From: Azolla caroliniana
Lineage: Eukaryota; Plantae; Polypodiophyta
Reading direction: 5' to 3'
Length of the DNA: 64,000 nt
Assembly (NCBI GenBank): GCA_043228905.1
Contig: JBHGNT010000001.1
Span: forward strand, 8,494,001-8,558,000
Shown here one piece after another: positions 24,969-35,685 of the stretch; positions within the stretch are counted from its first letter, which is position 1; the number at the start of each line of letters is the position of its first letter. A program made the translations under genes and the position numbers. The notes under the pieces were generated by a model, which did not search any database, was not told where the DNA came from, and saw nothing but the letters and a program-made list of their open reading frames with translations.

Positions 24969-27091
24969 AAATCCTCTCGGTTTTCGGAACCGAGGGAGTC
25001 GCGGTTACGTTCGTGGTTCGGCCGTACCGTCAGAAACTGGACCGAATGGCGCCCGTCTTGGCTTTTGACCCTCGCGTAGGCCGAACCATTGTCCAGCACC
25101 TTGGTCTCCATCCGCGCCGCCGTGATGTACGGCTCTCCCAGTATGACCGGATGCGAAGACGTCTCCTGCACGAAGAAGTGCTGGTCAATCTCGACGTCGC
25201 CGATCTTGACTCGCACATTCGGACAGGCCCCGTGCAGTTCCTCGGTGGCGCGCGTTGCTGCCCTTATTTTCCACCCGTGCTTGGTGTTGATCGGCCATTT
25301 GCCCTTCTTATAGAAGTCCATGGACATCAAATTGATCTCCGATCCGTGGTCCACCAAAGCTATCACCGGTTCCTGGACATCGCCGATCTTTACCGGGGTT
25401 TCCGTGGTCGCTCGGGCCCAGTGTGGTCTCGAATAGTGGCTTTCCGCCCACTCGTCTCCCAGCGCCATGTCGTCTAGGTGCGTCGTCCGCACTTCCACCG
25501 GTCTTTCCGGTTCTGTCTCCGTCGACAGCCTCTTCCGTTTCACTAAGTCCACGATGGAGTCATGGAACTCCTTCTTGGCGATTCCCAGCACCTCTCGTAA
25601 CGACAGCTCCACCTTGCTGTCGAGGATCCGTTCCTCCAGGACCTTTCGTAAGTCCGTGGTTCTTTCTATCTCCGTTCCCAGACGGTACCCGCCCTTCTGG
25701 GGTTTATCTTGCGTACCGGCCCCGCCGGCTTCGTCCCGTCGTGGCCCGGACCGGGTCTCGTATCGTTGTGAGGGCCCGGTCGTCCCGGGTTTCCCCACCC
25801 GCTTCTCTTCTACCAGAGCCTCGTAGTTCCGGCAAGCGGCTTCCACGAAGCCCGTCTTTTCCTCGACCGGGTCGCTCCACCCGGTCATCTCCCGTACCCG
25901 TTTCTCCGCACGGTCCGATTCCTCCCTTTTAAGCCCTGCACCGGCAAGGCCTTCTAGCATCGTCGGCCAGAATCCGGCTTTGCTTTCCTTTCGGGCCTCG
26001 CCGCCCCCGACTCGAATGCCGGCCGACGCCGAGTAGTGGACGGTTTCCGCGTGTCGGGCCGCCGCCTCTTCCATCAACCTTTTCATACCACCTCGCCCGT
26101 CGTTTCGGCTCAGGGCCCTTCGGGTGTCGCTGGCATGCACCCGTCCTTCCCACAGGTACACCACCCTGTTCCTCAGCGCCTCCGCGAAGTCGCCGCAGTC
26201 CTTCCGAATGTGGCCGACTTCATCGCACCACATGCACCTGTTTCCTGCCGCCGGCCGTCGGTCACGAGCCGGTTCGCCTCCTTCCCTTCGGGCCTGCGCG
26301 ATTTGGAGGTCCTTTATCGCCTTCGTCAATTCCTCCAGCGCCGCTCCTCCGGTTGAGCCTCTGACTACGCCGGTCGAAGCCGAACCAGTTTCCAACCACT
26401 CTCGGGTCTCTTCCTTTCGCACCTGTGGCGCTGGTTCGAGCTTCCTTGCTGCGACCGAGCCCGACCCGGTTGCCCCGTTATCCGCCCATTCTCGGCGTTT
26501 GTCGAAACGGCCACAGACCTTCCTGATAGCCGCCCAGTCGGTAGTGAGCCCGTCTTCGGTTTCCAGCAAGAGGCCCACTTGCTCCCGATCCCGCTCGTCG
26601 ACCGACTTGACAAATAGCAAGACCCGGCTCGTGTCCAGGATGGTTCGGTCGAGCGCCGAAAGGCGCGCAAAGTTTTCCTCGAACTCCCGGAGGAGTGCCG
26701 ACGCGTTTCTTCCCTTCCCCGGGGATTCCACCCATTCCATGAACCTTCGCTTCGAAAGCCAGAGCGCGTCGTCCAGCCCGTATTTCTCTAGGAGCCGACC
26801 TTCGAACTCTTCCCAGGTACGGCTCTCCGCCCGCACCTCGAGCACCTCCGCATGGATGCTCGGCATCGCCACTCGGGGAAACCCGGCAAGACGCCTTTCT
26901 TCCGGAATGTCCCGCATCAGCATTTCTGCACCGTAGGACGCCAGATACTTCGTGGCATCCCTCCCATCGAACCGGCCGAGCGTGCCGACGACCGCCTCAA
27001 TAGCTCTGTCGAGGGCACCGGTGCCCTCGCGCGCGTTTACAATCCGATCCACGGCCGAAGCCATGGCCTCTGCAAGATCCGACCCCCTCAT
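24965..27091 (-). CDS. gag: Gag-protease of element A
   Basis: CCHC knuckle CMWCDEVGHIRKDC; protease ALVDHGSEINLMS; first ATG at 27091 (the ORF-track start is a GTG inside the PBS). Confidence 0.93.
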   Translation of the reverse strand: MRGSDLAEAMASAVDRIVNAREGTGALDRAIEAVVGTLGRFDGRDATKYLASYGAEMLMRDIPEERRLAGFPRVAMPSIHAEVLEVRAESRTWEEFEGRLLEKYGLDDALWLSKRRFMEWVESPGKGRNASALLREFEENFARLSALDRTILDTSRVLLFVKSVDERDREQVGLLLETEDGLTTDWAAIRKVCGRFDKRREWADNGATGSGSVAARKLEPAPQVRKEETREWLETGSASTGVVRGSTGGAALEELTKAIKDLQIAQARREGGEPARDRRPAAGNRCMWCDEVGHIRKDCGDFAEALRNRVVYLWEGRVHASDTRRALSRNDGRGGMKRLMEEAAARHAETVHYSASAGIRVGGGEARKESKAGFWPTMLEGLAGAGLKREESDRAEKRVREMTGWSDPVEEKTGFVEAACRNYEALVEEKRVGKPGTTGPSQRYETRSGPRRDEAGGAGTQDKPQKGGYRLGTEIERTTDLRKVLEERILDSKVELSLREVLGIAKKEFHDSIVDLVKRKRLSTETEPERPVEVRTTHLDDMALGDEWAESHYSRPHWARATTETPVKIGDVQEPVIALVDHGSEINLMSMDFYKKGKWPINTKHGWKIRAATRATEELHGACPNVRVKIGDVEIDQHFFVQETSSHPVILGEPYITAARMETKVLDNGSAYARVKSQDGRHSVQFLTVRPNHERNRDSLGSENREDF

Positions 27092-27113
27092 CTTCTGCTC
27101 TTCTGCCGCCTCC

Positions 27114-27131
27114 TTCACGTCGGGTTCACCA
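27114..27131 (-). promoter_or_regulatory. Primer binding site complementary to tRNA-Trp
   Basis: TGGTGAACCCGACGTGAA matches the 3' end of plant tRNA-Trp (...TTCACGTCGGGTTCACCA, from memory). Same PBS at 34714-34731 and about 43008-43025. Confidence 0.85.
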
Positions 27132-28998
27132 AAGATGTCGAGTTATTACGCAAGTGCGTGTGGAAACGAGGCGGGACCGCGGGGGTCTCGAACCAAAGAG
27201 CAAGCGAGGGAGGAGAAAGAGAGAGAACAGGCTACGCAGAACCGGGGATACACAGGGACACGGCCCTTCAACACGGAGAACGCGAACAGACACCGACTCA
27301 GACAGACGCGGATGACTAAATATGTATATTAACAAATGGCTAACACGACTACAACCCTCGATGGGGCACAGGTTGGTTACAACCGAACAGGCCGGCGAGC
27401 AGATGCCGATGCCTGTTCGCTTCGACGCACAAACAGGGGAAACGGGGAAACGAGGGTTTGCAGGTCGGAGGTGCTGCCGGAAGCACTCGGGCGTTCCTCG
27501 AAACAGCGCGAGCCTCCTCGGAACCCTGCACAGAAAGCTATGGAGCTCAAGAAGGAAGGAAACAGAGAGAGAGAAGCGTCCAGAAACGGTCCGACAGCAC
27601 TTCGTCCTCTCCGCCCGCGATCCCTGCAACAGCTCTTTCCTCCTCTTTTTATAGCCCAACGAGCAGGCCGTCATGTCAGCTTTATTCCTTGTCCCTTTTG
27701 GACAGGGATCCGCTCCGTCCTTCACGCGTCCGCGTAGATACGCCGCCGACTCGTACAGTTCCTTCGCTCGCGCGCGCGACCGAAAAGACTGTTCGCGCGG
27801 TCTTTGTCTCCACTTGTGTTAGGGCCCGTTCCTGCCGATTATCCTCCTAATTCGCTTCTATGTACAACTTGGAGCTTGCGCGCGTGAAGAACCGGTTCCC
27901 ACGCCTAGGTGCGCCGATTCCGCCTATGGACGGTTTTCTTCACGACAGCGTGTGGTTTAGCACATCCACTAAGCCCACCCAACTCTTCGTAATTGTGTGT
28001 TCAAAACGCCGATGACAAATTCCGGCCATTTGCTACCGTAGTGCTGCTACGTAGCACGTACACGTGATCGAAGGAAGAAAAACAAAAGAAGAGAAGACAC
28101 AATCAACATGAACACACAAATGGGTAGCTCGCTCCCTAGCGAAAAGCTAGACTGGAGCAATTATTCATCTTGAGAGTTCAAGATGACCCAATACCTCGTC
28201 AGCCAAGGGTATTGGAGCTATATCAAGGGCGCTCAAGAAAATCGACCCAACCCAAAAGACGCCGACTACTCAACATGAGAGCAAGCGGCTAGTCGAGTCA
28301 TGTATTGCTTGGCAACATGTGTCCACGACCACATGCTTAGCCACATTCAAGATGCCAAGACACCTAAAGAAGCATGGGCGAACTTAAAGAAAATGTTCGT
28401 CGCCAACACGACCGCCCAAAAGCTTCAACTCCGACAAGAGTTGAATAACATTCGACAAAAAGACATATCCGTGTCGGACTACACCGCCAAGATCAAGAGA
28501 ATTTGCGACTCACTTGGCTCCATCAACATAAACGTCAACGAAGAAGAGAGGGTTCAAGTATGCTTGGGCGGCCTCGCACAACGATTCAATCCATTATGGA
28601 CGGCAATCTTGGCAAGAGAAAACCCTCCTTCATTCTTCGACTTCCAATCAATGCTATTGGTCGAAGAGAACCACGTCCGAACCAAAAGCAAAATGTCGGA
28701 AGGACAAATGTTCTTCTCAAGCTCGGATGGTGGCCGAGGACGAGGTCACGACAGAGGAGGTCTCGGCGGTAGAACAAGCCAATTCGGCCCATCACACGAA
28801 GGGAACACAAAACTTCACGGAAGCCATCAAGGAACCCTCGGAAGAAGGGGGAGCTTCCACGCCGAACATGGTCGGCAAATGAGGCCAGCAACTTGCAACT
28901 ATTGCGGCAAAATCGGCCACCGTGAGGAGGAATCCCGAAAAAGAAGAAGCGAGTTGCCTTCTACAAGTTGACAACACGTGAATTACGTTGTCAACTCT

Positions 28999-29385
28999 TG
29001 TAAAGAATCAAGAGATAGATTCTTGTGAAGCGGAATAGGTGTGAACTGTGTGTGTGTATGAGAGAGAGAGAGAGAGTGAGAGAGAGTGAAACACAGAGAA
29101 TACGCAAGGTAAAAGTATATTGACAAAGGAGGAAGACTCAACATTATACAAGGTGGGAGGAGGGTGCTTTATGTAGTCACCCTCTCTCTTCATTACCTAC
29201 AAGCCTCATGGAGCATGGGGAATGTGAAAGCTCATAAGTTATGTGTCATAGAATATGATTCTATGACTTATACTAAATGTTAGAATACAAAGTGGTGACA
29301 TAATGGTGACTCTTGACCGTTGGAGTGTCTCTTCACTCTCAAGGTGAGTTCACACACTAGACCAAGTTGAGCTTGATTCTCAACA
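28999..29385 (-). mobile_element. Solo LTR of a Copia related to E and F, inverted
   Basis: TSD ACTCT/ACTCT; the minus strand starts TGTTGAGAATCAAGCTCAAC, like the E and F LTRs. Confidence 0.88.
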
Positions 29386-30156
29386 ACTCTGAATACGATG
29401 ATTACGGTGGACTATTCGTACTGAGGCATAGAGCGAACTCTATGTCAGCCTCCAACTCCGCAAGCACCTCCAACTCGGAACACATGTCGTTCGTCGACTC
29501 CGGCGCCTCACATCACATGACATCTCACGAAGAGTGGTTTCGTGATTTACGAACGCTGGATCGACCCGGCATCATAGAGATGAGAGACGACACCACGCAC
29601 CCCATTCGGCACATCGGCAATGTCCCATTCGGGAAAGAAGGCGAGCAAACTTGCATCAAGAGTGTCTTGCACGTGCCCACAATAACGAAGAATTTGGTCT
29701 CGGTCGACCAAATCGTGGAGCAAGGAATGGAAGTTCGCTTCAACAAAGAAGGATGCTTCATCGAGAAAGATGGCCGACCCATAGCGAAGGGGCGGAGAGA
29801 TGGCCGAATGTTCATCCTTGATTCGAACGAGGTGAAATCGACAATGTACGCCAAAGGTCTCAAAACCGAGACAAGCATCGAGTTGTGGCACAAGAGACTC
29901 AGTCACATAAACCTCCAACAGCTACGAGCAATGCAAACCAAGGGAGTCGTCATCGGACTTCCGACATTCGAGTCTATCGAGTATGAGAAGTGTGTCAACT
30001 CGGCAAACAACATCGACTCCCATTCCCGAAGGAGAGCTCCGCAAGCAAAGGCCTCCTCGACGTCTTACACTCGAATGTATGGGGACCGGCTGAAACGCCG
30101 ACGATCGGCGGATGCCGATACTACGTAATCTTTATCGACGACTACTCACGCTACGC

Positions 30157-30844
30157 TGTCGTGAAGATTTTCGTCCACAAGCGGAAACCCGAGGAACGAG
30201 AGCCAAAGAGCGATGTGCAACGTTGCACACGTACATAATGTATTTGTAATAATAATAAAGGTATAAAGGTGATGTGGTTGTACGCACATCCATGCGAGAG
30301 AGAGAGAGAGAGGTACTATGCGGTACATAGGTACCTAGTTGTTTGTGAGGAGGTGGGAGTTAAGGGGCCATCAATCTCACCCTCCCCCAAATCAAGGCAA
30401 ATATCCCCTTTGAATGAAAGGGGATATTTTAGTCTCACTTTTGTGAACGGTCTTCCCTCCTTGTGCTATAAAAGGAGAGAGAAGGCACCATTGTGGGGGT
30501 TGCCTATTTTGAGTGTGCGAGGTATACCACATAGGTCGAGCGTTAGGGTTCGGTTAGGGTTTTCTTCTTGGGTTTTCCTTTAGGGTTTTCTTATAGTCGT
30601 TTGGTGCGGCCATGGCGGCCACCATTGTAAAGCGTTTATGTTTTCTTAATCGAACTTCTTGTTGAGTATCTTGTCTTCATCTTCTTCTATCATAATGTCA
30701 TATTCGTTCTCTTCTCCTCTTGAGCTATGAGCTAATCTTCCATTCGTTGTCTTAACCTTTCTCCTCTTCTCCCTAGTCCAAGATCCCCGTGGTCCCGCCC
30801 CTTCCACACGCACGCGCGTAACAACGCGACATCTTTGGTGAACC
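30157..30844 (+). mobile_element. Family A LTR plus partial Trp PBS; remainder deleted
   Basis: TGTCGTGAAGA...AACGCGACA (30157-30831), then TCTTTGGTGAACC. About 30 bp of host integrase is missing and there is no right-hand TSD. Confidence 0.85.
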
Positions 30845-33524
30845 TACCCGATGAAGTGTTCTCCCACTTCCAAAAGCTCAAGGGCCAAGTTGAAAAAGAA
30901 ACCGGTCGGCACATTTGATGCCTACAGCCGGATGGAGGCAAGGAGTACTTCTCTGATGAATTCACCTCGTACCTCCAAAGTGAAGGCATTCGAAGAGAAT
31001 CCTTATGCCGACACACACTCCAACAAAATGGTCCAGTCACTGAAAGGAAGAATCGGCAAATACTCGAGGTAGCACGCGCCATGATGCATGAGAAGCACAT
31101 GCTGAACTTCTATTGGGCCGAAGCGGCATCCACGGCCGTCTATCTCATGAATTGATGCACCACCAATGGAGTCCATGAGCTAACTCCATACGAGCTCCTC
31201 GTCGGAAGAAAGCAAATCCTGTCGCACCTCAAGGTGTTCGGAAGCATTGCGAATGTACGCATCCCGAATGAACAACGATAGATGCCCGACGCGAAGTTGG
31301 AGGAATGTATCCTCATAGGATACTCGTCCGAGAAGAAAGCATACAAGTGCAACAACCCTTCTACCCGAGCGGTTCATGGCAAAGTGTAGTGGGCCACAAG
31401 AGCCCCCACGCGACCCAAGCACATCATGGCCAAGTACGAACTTGGACAAAGGCAAAGGTAAGATGCCCGAATATGAAGTTGACCACCCCGATGACAATGA
31501 TTCGGATGGATCGGCTCCCTCACTAGACAGTGAGTTTTGTGTACCTATCATGCGGACATCCGGAGTAAAGAAGGCGCTCACATCGGCGAGCGAAAAACTT
31601 CGATGCTCATCTAGAGCTAAGAACGTCGTCACTCAGCACAACTACATACAATGAGTACATGGCCCATCATTACGCCTTCGCGATGAAGGTAGTGGCCGAA
31701 CAAGACCTCAAGAGCTCCACCGAAGCGGCTCGTAACCCACGATGGGTGGAACTAGTCGACCTTCACCCACACACTACAAGCCTTCGTCACCGGCTTGAGG
31801 GGGAGGAACCGAGATTGCCACGACGAAGAAAGCCGAAGGCTGAACGGAAGCACACGAAGCCGACGAAAGCCAAAGCGGATGTCGGACGCCTCACACTCGA
31901 GCTTGAGGGGGCGTGTTGCAAGATCAAGCTCAACTTAGTTTAGTTAGTTAGTTAACCATGTAACTTCGTAGTTACCTAGATAGAATCTAGTTAAAAGTGT
32001 TGACTATAATGACTTAAATAGGACCTTGTACTTAAGTGGGATATTCTAGATCCTCCACTCCTAAGTACATTTAATATAGGACTTACACATTAGTACCTAT
32101 ATTCTACTCACACATGTGCACCTTTGCACATGAGATGTATATATACCTCATTGTGGGTATTTTTGTATTCAATGATGATAATGCTAATATAATATACACT
32201 CTGGTTTACTCATCCCCCATCTTGTGTTGTTCATAAGTGTATCTCTCCTCTCTCTCTTCCTCTCACACACATACACACACATATCACATAATCTTCCGCG
32301 CTTAACTTAATCACATAATTAGGTACTAATTAACCCTTGCTTAATTATTACCTAATTCTTAACAAATAATTTACAACTGTGAGCATCCGTGTATGTTGTG
32401 GTTCACGCGCTCAGGTCTTCATTTCCACTCGTAGCTGGTTTCCCTCACGACTTCCACCCCCACTAAACCGCACATCCACCAGTATGTGCCGAGAGGGAGA
32501 GAGAGTTATCCAGGGAAACCGGCCTGCCCTCAACCATTGCTCTCCGATTTGTCGCGCTCCCCGTCCTCGTCCGTTCTGCCTAGATCGTTGCTTTCTTCCG
32601 CACACCCCGGATACAGCTCTTCCTCGTGCCATTTCTTGAATGCCTTGATCCGCTTTCCCGCAACCGATACTGCTAGCCGCGTCCCGTCAAGCTCCATTGG
32701 TCACCACGTAAGGCCCGAACCACCTCCTCGAGAACTTACGTGTTACCTTGTGTTGATTGTTGAGGCTGCTATCGTAAACCAAAACCCAGTCGCCTTCCTC
32801 GATCTTCTTCGGTCTCATCTGGTGTGTCCGGTCGAACTAGTCTTTGTTCTTCTCCCTTGCCGCATAGAACTTAGCCTTTGCCAATTCCACGTCCTCTGGC
32901 CTCCGCTCAAGCTATCGAATCCGCGCCATCAACAACTCTTCTCAGCTCATCTCATGCGCTCCATCAGCATGATCGGCTTCTGCCAATACATCAACTCTGC
33001 CGACATGAACCTGGTCACCAAACTGTGTGTAGTTCGGTTCGCTCACAACGCGTAAGGTAGGAGCCACGACCAATTCCCGACTTGGCCTTCGCACACCTGT
33101 ACTAACGCCTTTATGATCGGTCCATGTCCGCACTCTATTTTCTCGTTCGCTTCCGGATTGTATGCCGTAGTGAGGGAGAGTTTTACCCCTAACCGGCCGA
33201 ACAACTCTTTGGCCTCTTGCGCATCCAGCTCTCCCCAATCAGCCACGATCTTCCCTACACAGCCGTACCGGCAGATCACCTCCTCGATCAGGAACCGGCA
33301 CACGGGCGCAGTCGTCTTATTTTGCAGAGCACGACCCTCCACCTGGTTCGTCACGTCTTCTCGCGCAAGCACCAGATACCGCATCTGCCCTATCCCCATT
33401 TGTTAGGAACAGTACTAAGACAGAGAAGTACTGTAAAGAATAGTACTAAGACAGAAGGAATTAGTACTAAAAGATGAGGATTAGTACTAAGGGAGGTGTA
33501 GAACTGTCGAGAGAAGGAAAAAGT

Positions 33525-33528
<4 letters not shown>

Positions 33529-33569
<41 letters not shown>
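33529..33569. repeat. (GA)n microsatellite expanded inside an LTR
   Basis: About 20 GA units, against about 6 in the partner LTR near 55010. Confidence 0.9.
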
Positions 33570-33574
<5 letters not shown>

Positions 33575-34746
33575 TGATAACAAAAGATATATATTATTTT
33601 AAGAGAATATACAATAGTAGTAGGAGGCTTAAGACTGACGTTGAACTGATTTGGTTCGAAATAATGCCTTGTGCCTCCTTTTATAGTGTTCTCAGGAGTA
33701 CTCCTGAAGTTTCTAGAATGTTCCAGAGAAATCTGGAATATACATCAGTTTTCTATGGTAAAATTTAAATGAAAATAATATCCTCCGTATTACAACATAT
33801 AGTCTAATGGTTAAGAGCTCGACCCATGTAACATACGGTCATGGGTTCGAGTCTTGTCATATCATGATATTATCCCCCTTTTAAAACGACGAGTGTCACG
33901 AGTCGTTTTGGATTGAGGACCTGGTGTCGTGGAGAATTTCGGCCAGAGGCGGAAACCGGGAAACATTGGCTACATCGACGGGGTGCAACATGTGTGCTCA
34001 CCTGTGTACATTTAGTGTGAATAACGAGGGCACCTTTATGGCACCGAAGAGTAGTCAAGTCGGGACAGACGATCCCATGTAAGTTGGGATTTATCCCACA
34101 TTGTAACGAATCCCTCTCCTTGTTCTATAAAAGGAAGGGAGCGCCCTTTGTGAAAGGGGTTGCCCATTTTGCGTTAGAGGGTATACCGTTAGATTTAGGG
34201 TTAGTTACATTTCTTCTTCTTCTTCTTCTTCTTCTTCTTCTCCCCCTTCGTGTTCGCTTAGGGTTTGCTTCAGCTCCTCTCCTGCGCAAGACCCCGCTCG
34301 GCGCGATGAGCCCATGAGCTCCCCGACCGGCGGCTTGGCGGCTGACGACTATTGTAACCTACCTTGGTCCGGCTCGAAGCCGGGAATGTATTCTTCCTCT
34401 TATATATATACATTTGCGTCTGTCTGTGTATATTCGCGTCTCTGTTGGTGTCGGGTGCTTCCCCTTTCCTGCGTTTCCTATACATAAGGGCGTGAGTTGG
34501 GTCAGCCTGTGTGTGTGTGTGTGCGTGCGTGTGTGCGTGAGTCGGTGTTAAGCGCGCGCTCCCTCTCTTTCTCTCTCTCTTCGGTTGCCTCCGGTGTGCT
34601 TCTAGGATGCCCTGGAAACAGTGAAGTACGACTTCCTACGCTCCGTCACTCTCTAGTCCAAGACCCCGGGGTCCCGCCTTTCTCCACGCACACGCATAAC
34701 AACGCGACATCTTTGGTGAACCCGACGTGAAAGGCGGCAAGGGAGG

Positions 34747-35685
34747 ATGGAGTCGGAAGACGACGACCTCGCGGTGATGGTGGCCGGAGTGGTGTTGGAG
34801 TCGGCACAAGTGGTGATGAGGCGAGAAGCAGCACAACAAGCGGTTGAGCGAGTGGTCGAAAGAGTCGGTCGTTTCAACGGGGACAAAGTCCCATCTTACT
34901 TGGAAGCCTACAATGCGGAAATGGAGGAGGGTGGTGTAGACGAGTCATTGAGGTTGGAGTTCTTCTGTCGGGTTGTAGCTGTTCGGATGCATGCGGAAGT
35001 AAAGGAGCTCCGTGAGGCTCATAGTTCGTGGGAGGCCTTCGAAGAGGCGCTCCTGAAGGCATACGGAGGACGGCGGAAGAGCCGGGGACGACACGACTTC
35101 GACCAATGGGTAGCATCGGCAAAGACCCATCGGGGCGCGACCAAGGCGTTCCGAGAGTTCGAGCGACGGCTTGCTCGGATCCCAGAGCGGGAACAAGGTT
35201 TGGTGGGGGCGGACAAGGTCCTATTGTTCGTCAGGTTGATCGACCGAGCGGAACGGGAGGCCATCGGGATTGAGCTCGAAGACGATGACGGGGTGAATGG
35301 GCTTACGGAGGACTGGTCGAAGGTCGGAAGGGTGTGCCAACGGCTAGACGATGAGCGAGCCGAGAAGGCTAAGAGGAAGGCGCGCGACGGCATGCCATCA
35401 CAGCGGGAAGAGGCCGAACGGCAAAGAGAGCCAGCAAGGGTCGGCGTTGGGGCCAGGATTGCGGAGGCGTACGCAGCTCTCGAGGCGATGCTCGAGGAAG
35501 AGGAAAGATCAAGGCCGCAAGCCGAGACTGAGGAGACGGACTTGCCCCACTCGACGGCGGAAGATCGGTACGACGGTACCACGGGAGAGGGCGCGAAACA
35601 AAACACCCTCTCGACTTGTGGAGATAGAACAGCCAAGGACGAGGTCGAGATACAGATCGCGGAACCGGATAGTTGGGACCAATAG
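34747..35685 (+). CDS. gag: Gag-like ORF of element B (capsid-like region, no zinc knuckle); frame continues to 36207 past one stop
   Basis: VGRFNGDKVPSYLEAYNAEM...KVLLFVR...GLTEDWSKVGRVC aligns with the Gag of element A. Confidence 0.75.
   Translation: MESEDDDLAVMVAGVVLESAQVVMRREAAQQAVERVVERVGRFNGDKVPSYLEAYNAEMEEGGVDESLRLEFFCRVVAVRMHAEVKELREAHSSWEAFEEALLKAYGGRRKSRGRHDFDQWVASAKTHRGATKAFREFERRLARIPEREQGLVGADKVLLFVRLIDRAEREAIGIELEDDDGVNGLTEDWSKVGRVCQRLDDERAEKAKRKARDGMPSQREEAERQREPARVGVGARIAEAYAALEAMLEEEERSRPQAETEETDLPHSTAEDRYDGTTGEGAKQNTLSTCGDRTAKDEVEIQIAEPDSWDQ

Larger units (their letters stand above)
20621..27947 (-). mobile_element. Intact non-chromovirus Ty3/gypsy element A (possibly Phygy/Selgy-like)
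   Basis: 812-bp LTRs at 20621-21432 and 27136-27947 with 4 differences seen; 4-bp TSD GCGT; PPT GGTTAGGTGGGGGCGGA; two intact ORFs. Confidence 0.97.
28108..31913 (+). pseudogene. Copia gag-PR-INT remnant in element E
   Basis: Gag KEAWANLKKMF..LQLRQELNNIRQ; knuckle CNYCGKIGH; protease FVDSGASHHM; ELWHKRLSH; integrase; multiple stops. Confidence 0.88.
20157..32364 (+). mobile_element. Ty1/copia element E, non-autonomous (no RT or RNase H); hosts element A and two LTR insertions
   Basis: LTRs 20157-20606 and 31914-32364, TSD AATAA/AATAA, PBS TGGTATCAGAGC 20607-20618, PPT GAGGGGGCG. Confidence 0.93.
19549..33400 (-). mobile_element. Family A copy L: 3' LTR split by Copia E, PPT and integrase end; cut by element G at 33401
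   Basis: LTR pieces 19549-20156 and 32370-32452; PPT complement TCCACCCCCACTAAACC; integrase remnant 32600-33400 (RYLVLAREDVTNQVEGRAL). Confidence 0.8.

Noticed and set aside
24259-26936. Antisense ORFs opposite gag and pol (also 60043-61638)
   Set aside because: Expected shadow ORFs of GC-rich coding sequence
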